NCBI GenBank assembly: GCA_032718475.1
Contig: JAUCBJ010001920.1
Location: 1-45,201 of the forward strand
Length of the DNA: 45,201 nucleotides
Source of the DNA: Nemertoderma westbladi
Taxonomy: Eukaryota > Animalia > Xenacoelomorpha
Reading direction: 5' to 3'
Made by a program: the position numbers and the translations under genes. Shown in pieces: positions 23,207 through 32,550 of this stretch. The notes under the pieces were generated by a model. The model did not search any database, had not been told where the DNA came from, and saw only the letters and a list, made by a program, of their open reading frames with translations. Numbering within the stretch: the first letter of the stretch is position 1; each line of letters starts with the position of its first letter.

Positions 23207-24865
23207 TTGTGTGTTAAACGTAGGCCTACAATCATCGCGTTTCATATTTTCCAATATTTCGTCACCCATCGCCATCATATGTTTTGTTGGGCCCTATGGC
23301 AAATGCAAGCGTATCTAATGGCGGCGATAATGCTCCCAAACGGTGTTAGACCTTGCAATATTACTGATATGACAGTACAACATGTTGAAAAGAGGAAGCA
23401 CATTGAGTTTGACAAGACAATTATTAGAATTCCACATCATAAGACTTCTGCTACTTTCGGAGGCCAGGATTTGGTTATGAGTCGGGCGATATATTATGCC
23501 CTGAAGAAGTGGTGCTACTATGGGCGTGGTTTATACTCGAAAGAGAAAATAATTATCGACAATGTGTTCACGACAACTCTCGGAAAAGAAATGGATAATG
23601 TTTCACGTCAAGTCCAACGGTTATGGCACATCCTCTGTCCCAATTCATCATCCACGATGACTGCCACTGCTAATAGACACTGTATTTCTACCTGCAATCA
23701 ACATACAAGTAGCGTTACTGATCATAATTTGCAGCAACGCATTTCAAATCACATGAAGCATTCAATGAATACACAACGCCGCGTTTATGCTGCTGCTAAT
23801 ACTGAGGTTGAGGCTGTGGAGGCATACAAAATCATCGAGAACTTTTGTGATATTACATCAACTACTTCAAATAGTGATGAACACCTCATTCCAAAGGAAA
23901 ATGATGTACTGTTATCTCAAGCCTCTGTAGATTCGACTGAAGACAATTTGCTTAAAGAAATAGTTTCTGAGATTCCTCAGTGTGATACACAAGTAGACGT
24001 GGATGGTCAAACGTATATAGAATGTGACTTGATGGACTTTGAGAAGATTCTGGATACTTGCGAGAGTGTAATTCGCGTCACAGCTTCTCAATCCCAGCCG
24101 CTGGTTAACGTCCCCATGGTTACCACTTCTCAATCCCAGCCGCTGGTTAACGTCCCCATGGTTACCGCTTCTCAATCCCAGCCGCTGGTTAACGTCCCCA
24201 TGGTTACCGCTTCTCAATCCCAGCCGCTGGTTAACGTTCCCATGGTTACCACTTCTCAATCCCAGCCGCTGGTTAACGTCCCCATGGTTACCACTTCTCA
24301 ATCCCAGCCGCTGGTTAACGTCCCCATGGTTACCGCTTCTCAATCCCAGCCGCTGGTTAACGTCCCCATGGTTACCACTTCTCAATCCCAGCCGCTGGTT
24401 AACGTCCCCATGGTTACCACTTCTCAATCCCAGCCGCTGGTTAACGTCCCCATGGTTACCACTTCTCAATCCCAGCCGCTGGTTAACGTTCCCATGGATA
24501 CCGGTTTTCAATCGCAGCTGTTGGCATTAACCTCATCTAATGATTATTCGATACTTCCATCTCCTCTTAAAGAAATGGACTTTAATAAAGCTACGAAAAA
24601 GAAACCGAAAATTAGAAGAAATTTAGACGAAGGTGTGAGAAAAGCTGTTTCCAATAACAAACGTATCTTATGGTCAAAAGAAGAAGTTGATATACTAATC
24701 GATGAATTACGTCCGTTCCTTAATGGAGTTCTGTTTTTCCGTGGTGGAAAAACGAAGGAAATCTACTTAAGTAAAGCGGCCCAGCGTCTTCCAGGCAGAA
24801 CCCCTCTTCAGATATATGATAAATTTAGAGACATGAAAAAAACTCAGAAAAACCGTGATTGGTAA
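23207..24865 (+). CDS. Tyrosine recombinase (Crypton-like) catalytic domain + 14-aa repeats + C-terminal Myb/SANT-like domain; true start uncertain (ATG at 23279 or 23303, or 5'-truncated/spliced)
   Basis: NGVRPCNITDMT (R48), HHKT (K79), NVFTT, TATANRH (TxxR157), NHMKHSMNTQRRVY (H185, Y194) appear in YR order and spacing. The C-terminus reads WSKEEVDIL...LPGRTPLQIYDKFRDM. No stop over 1.6 kb. Confidence 0.8.
   Translation: MCVKRRPTIIAFHIFQYFVTHRHHMFCWALWQMQAYLMAAIMLPNGVRPCNITDMTVQHVEKRKHIEFDKTIIRIPHHKTSATFGGQDLVMSRAIYYALKKWCYYGRGLYSKEKIIIDNVFTTTLGKEMDNVSRQVQRLWHILCPNSSSTMTATANRHCISTCNQHTSSVTDHNLQQRISNHMKHSMNTQRRVYAAANTEVEAVEAYKIIENFCDITSTTSNSDEHLIPKENDVLLSQASVDSTEDNLLKEIVSEIPQCDTQVDVDGQTYIECDLMDFEKILDTCESVIRVTASQSQPLVNVPMVTTSQSQPLVNVPMVTASQSQPLVNVPMVTASQSQPLVNVPMVTTSQSQPLVNVPMVTTSQSQPLVNVPMVTASQSQPLVNVPMVTTSQSQPLVNVPMVTTSQSQPLVNVPMVTTSQSQPLVNVPMDTGFQSQLLALTSSNDYSILPSPLKEMDFNKATKKKPKIRRNLDEGVRKAVSNNKRILWSKEEVDILIDELRPFLNGVLFFRGGKTKEIYLSKAAQRLPGRTPLQIYDKFRDMKKTQKNRDW
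24077..24496 (+). repeat. In-frame 42-bp coding minisatellite, 10 copies (VT[A/T]SQSQPLVNVPM)
   Basis: Near-identical units TTCTCAATCCCAGCCGCTGGTTAACGTCCCCATGGTTACC[A/G]C. Confidence 0.97.
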
Positions 24866-25089
24866 TTAATTATTAATTAAACGGGAATTTATATTTGCAA
24901 TTATTTTTGATCTTAAACTGTCCTCTAATTTACTTAATATTTTTTGAAGCAGAATTTTCAGGTTTAAAAGTTGTGTTGTTTGTTGTTTCCTTGGTCGTTT
25001 TGTTTTATTAGTTATTTACATTAAAGTGTTTTTTTATTGTTTACAATTATTTAGGAGTGATTTATTTACAATAAGAAATATTAGTCATT

Positions 25090-25560
25090 AACCATTCCAT
25101 CTCCTCTTAAAGAGATTATTGACTTTAATAAAGCTACAAAAAAAATAAAAATTTAGGAGATATTTAGAACAAGATGTCAGACAAGCTGTTTCCAATAAGA
25201 AACGTGTATTATCGTCGAAAAAAGTGCATGATATACTAATTTATGAATTTCGGCCATTCGTTAACGGCAATTGGCCTGGGGGGGGGGGGGGGAGGGGGGC
25301 ATTTATATGCATGAAATTATTTTGGGTTTTGGATTACTTATTTACATTTGGTGAGTCCTTGGTCGTTTTGTTTTATATTCCTTGGTCGTTTTGTTTTATA
25401 TTCCTTGGTCGTTTTGTTTTATATTCCTTGGTCGTTTTGTTTTATATTCCTTGGTCGTTTTGTTTTATTAGTTATTTACATTGTTTTACATACAGTGTTT
25501 TGTTTATTGTTCACATTTTTACACAATATATTATTAGGTAGATATCTTCTTTTATAATTA
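25090..25560 (+). pseudogene. Decayed tandem duplicate of the Myb-coding 3' end and 3' flank of the YR ORF
   Basis: TTCCATCTCCTCTTAAAGA...GACTTTAATAAAGCTAC...AAGCTGTTTCCAATAA matches 24555-24727 with stops. CCTTGGTCGTTTTGTTTTAT (single at ~24990) is amplified about 5 times at 25357-25470. Confidence 0.85.
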
Positions 25561-26605
25561 GTAGTCCTACTTGCAAATAGTTCATTATTGTGCTACTTTT
25601 TCATACCGGTACTTATTGCCTTGAATGCTAATAATTATTGCCATTCATTTTCCTGTAACGTTACAATGGAATAGTTATTCGAAAAAAGGAAGTCAACGGA
25701 TAACTATAACTGTACTTTCTTTCTATCATACATTTCCAATTGGCAATTCAGAAAGAGCGAAATTCAGATATTCTGCCTTGGTGTATTGTGTTTTGTACTC
25801 GTTGGAATTTAAACACTCGCTACTGTTGTCTATAAACCTACCAACTCAATGAGGGCAGAATAATGAATATCGCTCATCGTCGTTCGGTCGTCATTTTTTC
25901 GAATATATTTTTAATTAAATGCAATTTAATAATTGTTAATCAATCAGAATGATTTGTTTGCATAATACTATTAATAGTGATTATAATGTCATAATAATGA
26001 TTGCTGTCATAATTCACCACAACTGATTCGTTTTCAAACTCTGCCAACGGAATATAACTTATCTAAGAATGCATGTGGGGTGGGTGTAAGAAATATGATC
26101 CTAATCCTATGTGAAGAATATCATCGTTTCAAAAGAATCCATACATGACGTCATGCTGGCAAGGGGATCGATCGGGTACGCTTTATTATAACTGTTTTAT
26201 AGTGAGTTTCGAAATATTATTTGACAAATTGTAAGTATTGACGTAATGACGTGACGTTAAGTGACGTCATTTATGGAAAATCCTGTCGTTGTCCAGTCAC
26301 AATTCCGATTATCCGATTTAAAAACCCCGTAATACAAAGTGATTTCATTATATTCCATGGAAGCTGAGGGGTCCTCCTCCTTTAGATCGCGTTCCTGTAG
26401 AGTCCACAAAACCTTGGATGGCATATACTCCCAAATGATGGGCACTTGTTACTGTCTATAACACACATTATTGGACAAATAAATATTAGGACATTGAAAG
26501 CCGCTGGTAAAACCAAGCCCTCCCTTCATATACAATTATATAATTAGTGCAGAGCACATAAATTACCAGTAGGCCATATACAAAACGAGAAGATAATCTG
26601 ACGCA

Positions 26606-29365
26606 TATGTCTGTCTCCTAAATAACGTTATGTATATGTGTCTCCTAAACAACGTTATGTATATGTGTCTCCTAAACAACATTATGTATCTATGTCTCCT
26701 AAACAACGTTATGTATATGTGTCTCCTAAACAACATTATGTATCTATGTCTCCTAAACAACGTTATGTATATGTGTCTCCTAAACAACGTTATGTATATG
26801 TGTCTCCTAAACAACGTTATGTATATGTGTCTCCTAAACAACGTTATGTATATGTGTCTCCTAAACAACGTTATGTATATGTGTCTCCTAAACAACGTTA
26901 TGTATATGTGTCTCCTAAACAACGTTATGTCTATGTGTCTCCTAAACAACGTTATGTATATGTGTCTCCTAAACAACGTTATGTATATGTGTCTCCTAAA
27001 CAATGTTATGTATATGTGTCTCCTAAACAACGTTATGTATATGTGTCTCCTAAACAACGTTATGTATATGTGTCTCCTAAACAACGTTATGTATATGTGT
27101 CTCCTAAACAACGTTATGTATATGTGTCTCCTAAACAACGTTATGTATATGTGTCTCCTAAACAACGTTATGTAAATGTGTCTCCTAAACAACGTTATGT
27201 ATATGTGTCTCCTAAACAGCGTAATGTATATATGTCTCCTTAACAATGTTATGTATATGTGTCTCCTAAACAACGTTATGTATATGTGTCTCCTAAACAA
27301 CGTTATGTATCTATGTCTCCTAAACAACGTTATGTATATGTGTCTCCTAAACAACGTTATGTATATGTGTCTCCTAAACAGCGTAATGTATATATGTCTC
27401 CTTAACAATGTTATGTATATGTGTCTCCTAAACAATGTTATGTATATGTGTCTCCTAAACAACGTTATGTATATGTGTCTCCTAAACAACGTTATGTATA
27501 TATGTCTCCTTAACAATGTTATGTATATGTGTCTCCTAAACAATGTTATGTATATGTGTCTTCTAAACAACGTTATGTATATGTGTCTCCTAAACAACGT
27601 TATGTATATGTGTCTCCTAAACAACGTTATGTATATGTGTCTCCTAAACAACGTTATGTATATGTGTCTCCTAAACAACGTTATGTATATGTGTCTCCTA
27701 AACAACGTTATGTATATGTGTCTCCTAAACAACGTTATGTATATGTGTCTCCTAAACAACGTTATGTATATGTGTCTCCTAAACAACGTTATGTATATGT
27801 GTCTCCTAAACAGCGTAATGTATATATGTCTCCTTAACAATGTTATGTATATGTGTCTCCTAAACAACGTTATGTATATGTGTCTCCTAAACAACGTTAT
27901 GTATCTATGTCTCCTAAACAACGTTATGTATATGTGTCTCCTAAACAACGTTATGTATATGTGTCTCCTAAACAGCGTAATGTATATATGTCTCCTTAAC
28001 AATGTTATGTATATGTGTCTCCTAAACAATGTTATGTATATGTGTCTCCTAAACAACGTTATGTATATATGTCCCCTAAACAACGTTATGTATATGTGTC
28101 TCCTTAACAATGTTATGTATATGTGTCTCCTAAACAACGTTATGTATATGTGTCTCTAAACAACGTTATGTATATATGTCCCCCAAACAACGTTATGTAT
28201 ATGTGTCTCCTAAACAACGTTATGTATATGTGTCTCCTAAACAACGTTATGTATATATGTCTCCTTAACAATGTTATGTATATGTGTCTCCTAAACAATG
28301 TTATGTATATGTGTCTTCTAAACAACGTTATGTATATGTGTCTCCTAAACAACGTTATGTATATGTGTCTCCTAAACAACGTTATGTATATGTGTCTCCT
28401 AAACAACGTTATGTATATGTGTCTCCTAAACAACGTTATGTATATGTGTCTCCTAAACAACGTTATGTATATGTGTCTCCTAAACAACGTTATGTATATG
28501 TGTCTCCTAAACAACGTTATGTATATGTGTCTCCTAAACAACGTTATGTATATGTGTCTCCTAAACAGCGTAATGTATATATGTCTCCTTAACAATGTTA
28601 TGTATATGTGTCTCCTAAACAACGTTATGTATATGTGTCTCCTAAACAACGTTATGTATCTATGTCTCCTAAACAACGTTATGTATATGTGTCTCCTAAA
28701 CAACGTTATGTATATGTGTCTCCTAAACAGCGTAATGTATATATGTCTCCTTAACAATGTTATGTATATGTGTCTCCTAAACAACGTTATGTATATATGT
28801 CTCCTTAACAATGTTATGTATATGTGTCTCCTAAACAACGTTATGTATATATGTCTCCTTAACAATGTTATGTATATGTGTCTCCTAAACAACGTTATGT
28901 ATATGTGTCTCTAAACAACGTTATGTATATATGTCCCCCAAACAACGTTATGTATATGTGTCTCCTTAACAATGTTATGTATATGTGTCTCCTAAACAAC
29001 GTTATGTATATATGTCTCCTTAACAATGTTATGTATATGTGTCTCCTAAACAACGTTATGTATATGTGTCTCTAAACAACGTTATGTATATATGTCTCCT
29101 TAACAATGTTATGTATATGTGTCTCCTAAACAATGTTATGTATATGTGTTTCCTAAACAACGTTATGTATATGTGTCTCCTAAACAACGTTATGTATATG
29201 TGTCTCCTAAACAACGTTATGTATATATGTCTCCTTAACAATGTTATGTATATGTGTCTCCTAAACAACGTTATGTATATATGTCTCCTTAACAATGTTA
29301 TGTATATGTGTCTCCAAAACAATGTTATGTATATGTGTCTCCTTAACAACGTAATGTATATGTGT
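26606..29365. repeat. 27-bp tandem array, ~100 copies, with higher-order structure
   Basis: Unit TGTCTCCTAAACAACGTTATGTATATG with no unique spacers. Confidence 0.98.
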
Positions 29366-29368
29366 TAG

Positions 29369-29667
29369 TATGTTACAAGTAACAATAGGGCTAGTTGTTC
29401 GGAATTAAAAAAGCAAAATTAAAAACAAAATAGCCAATATTAGTGAACAAAAAATTCCAGATCTCTTATTTTAACATAAAATAAAACATCACCATTACTT
29501 ATGAAGTTTAAATAGTAATATAATTTACTAATTAATAAATATATGTTACAAGTAACAATAGGGCTAGTTTTTCAAAATTAAAAAAGCAAAAATTAAAAAA
29601 CAATTACAAATATTAGTAAACAAAAATTTCCAGATCTCTTATTTTAACATAAAATAAATCATCACCA
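29369..29667. repeat. ~173-bp tandem duplication adjoining the array
   Basis: TATGTTACAAGTAACAATAGGGCTAGTT...CCAGATCTCTTATTTTAACATAAAATAAA at ~29369 and ~29542. Confidence 0.9.
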
Positions 29668-30182
29668 CAAAAATTCATGATTGCTAAGTCACTGATCGAA
29701 AAATAGTTTTTGCAAAATTTCGTTCAAACCAAGTAATCTTTCTAAGACGCAACTTCTTTGACATAATGTAATACATCAACTCATTTTTTTGAAAAAGCCG
29801 TGCGAGTGACCGATTTAGAATACAAAATGTTAGAATTGTAATTATTTGATGGTATATTTCGTATATCAATTTAGGATCTTGTTCAAAAATCCAAAAAAAC
29901 CTAAAAAAAGTGAAAATTTTGAAAATTTGACATTTTTGTGCCTTTTAACTCGTAACCATAGGGCATTTTGGTAATGCTATTAAATGGCATTGCAAATCAT
30001 TTTATGATATTAACAAAACATTAATAATTCTTTAATTTTTGATGGGATGGACCTGGTTTTTGTTTTACTCATTAAGTATGAGTTGCTTTAATTGAATTTG
30101 CTTTGAAAAATAAGTTTGCACATTCTAGCACAAACTTATGCGAGTCTTTCAAACACTGGCCCTATTGCGACTTTGCAAAGCA

Positions 30183-30213
<31 letters not shown>

Positions 30214-30217
30214 GAGG
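30183..30217. repeat. (GA)n microsatellite
   Basis: Directly visible. Confidence 0.95.
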
Positions 30218-30839
30218 AAGTAGAGTAGAATAAGATACAGATTCATAATTATTTTATCAAACTCATGTACTACTTACTTCAATGTGCCAATTGTAATAAT
30301 AATTAAACATTACTCTGATTACGCTGGGTTTGGCCCCATGAGATATTATACTGACGTATTTTATATTAATATATCCATGCGAGTAAACAAGAAGTGAAGT
30401 AAATGTTTATTATTGTAGTTTTAGAAATTGAATGATATACCCAAGATAATGAAATAGATAATATACCAGAAATTGCCATTTGATCAGATATATCAAAGCG
30501 GCGTCTTTAGTATAATACAATTCACTCTGTTATACAATGTAAATATACTAAATCTATTTATAAATATATTATGAGCCCTACATTGTATATTTATCCTACA
30601 GGTAGATAATGTAGTATGTTAAAACTTGATATAATTTGGTATAATGTATAACATATTACAAATAAGACTGAGGCAGCTAAACTATATTGCAAAGAAATCA
30701 AATATCCCAAAGTAATATACTAGACCCTCCCTCCACCCTATAAATAGTGTTCACCACCTACCCCACCCACCGCCCTCATTACTTCATTATAATGAAAGAT
30801 AGTACTGGCGCTCCGGTCACTCCGTTCCCTCCGCTGGGG

Positions 30840-32550
30840 GGGTTAAGTAGTAGGTTCTGACACTATGCAAAATTCGAGCACAGAGTTAGAAGCGCATTGG
30901 ATAGGCGAACATTTCTTGCAGTGAAAGTATTTCCATATCTGTTAAAGTTTTCGAGATAGTCAGACATGAGTAGCTAAAATTTGAATTTTTTTTCGGTAAA
31001 GTCTGATTTCACCGGTACCTGTCATCCGAAATATGGATTGTGATATATCGTTAGATGCGGGTTTACAAACTGTACATTCACATTTTTTCAAGAAAAAAAT
31101 TCGATCAAGGGTTTTCGAAATATTTTAGAATTACCGGAAGCAGACTTTGGACGACCATATCTCCGGTACCGGTAGGCCTATTGAGTCGAAACTTTTCTAC
31201 TAATCTACTTAGAACACTCCAGTGAATGTTTTTTAGTTTGAAAGTTTTGCCCCAAAATGCTCAGAAGTAATTTCGAAAAAACTGATCATTTCGCGATCAT
31301 GATCTTTTGACCCCCTAGAATTGAACTTTTTTATGGTCAAATTTTGGCTACCCCCCCTAATTCGAGGGTGAGGAATCTTTTTGTAATGTTAAGTTTTTTC
31401 ATACGGTGAACTCACAGGACTTGGTCTTCGAAATAAAACCGAAAACATGATCTTTCATGATCATGGCCTGATCAATTCGCTTTTTGAAAATTTCGAAATG
31501 CTTAAAAGTTGCCCCTTCTTAATAGAAGTCGATTAGTAAAAAAAAAATCGGGGGTCTCAAACAAAGTTTTCGAGAAAATCGGGAAAAACCGAAAAACACG
31601 ATCTTTTATGATCAGGTATAAGATCTCGAGAACCGGTTGTCCGATCAAGCCAATTTTTTTTTAATCAACTCAGAATAGGCCATTGAACATTTCTTACAAT
31701 GAATGTTTATTAGAAAAATGCTTAGATTCGATTTTAAATATACTGATCTTTTCGCGATCATGATCTTGAGTTTTGACCCACTAGACTTGAACTTTTTTAT
31801 GCCCAAATTTTGGCTACCCCCCATAATTCGAGGGTGAGGAATATTTTTGTGATGTTAAGTTTTTCTATACGGTGAACTCCCAGGACTTGGTCTTCGAAAT
31901 AAAACCAAAAACACGATATTTTTTGATCGCGGACTGATCAATTCGCTTTTTGAAAATTTCGAAATGCTCAAAAGTTGCCCCTTTATCATAGAAGTCGATT
32001 CGTAAAAACAAAATCGGGGGTCTCAAACAAAGTTTTCGAGAAAATTGGAAAAAACCAAAAAATATGATCTTTAATGATCAGGTATCAGATCTCGAGAATC
32101 GGTTGTCCGATCGAGCCATTTTTTTTTTAATCGACTCAGGGCGGTGTTCTGAACGTTTCCTACAGTAATTGTTTATATCCAAAATGCTTAGTTACGATTT
32201 TACGAAGTCCGATCTTTGCGCGATCATGATCTTGCGTTTTGACCGGGAAGAATTCACTTTTTTTTAAATCTTTTAACGGGAATCATGACTAATGTGGGGT
32301 CGCTGAATCTTTTTGTAATGTTAAGTTTTTCGATTGGAGCAAGCCTTGAGTGTCCGATCCCTGATCAAAACTGATCTTTGCTGATCATGGTCAAGATCAT
32401 GATCTGATCGCTGGAGATTCCTGCATAGCAACGCGGTTGCTAGGGAAGCGGACTTTTTGACTCAAATTGGTCCTAGACGGAGAACCGTAGACTTTTTTAA
32501 CACATTATGTATGGCGAAAAGTCTTCTGGATAGATTTTGGGGGGGGGGGT
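30840..32550. mobile_element. Unclassified non-coding element with about three ~465-bp internal tandem units
   Basis: CGCGATCATGATCTT recurs at ~31292, ~31753 and ~32219, and GATCTCGAGAA-CGGTTGTCCGATC at ~31622 and ~32088. Rich in GATC; ends in a G-run. Confidence 0.6.

Noticed and set aside
23912-24511. 199-aa antisense ORF
   Set aside because: Shadow of the 42-bp coding repeat in the YR ORF.
26257-26445. 62-aa minus-strand ORF as cargo of the YR element
   Set aside because: Short, non-ATG start and no recognisable motif. Cannot be supported without a search.
26563-29368. Long ORFs (LFRRHIYIT, MCLLNNVMY, SPKQRYVYV repeats) and a possible CRISPR array
   Set aside because: They are translations of a 27-bp satellite that is open in several frames. 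There are no unique spacers and no cas genes.
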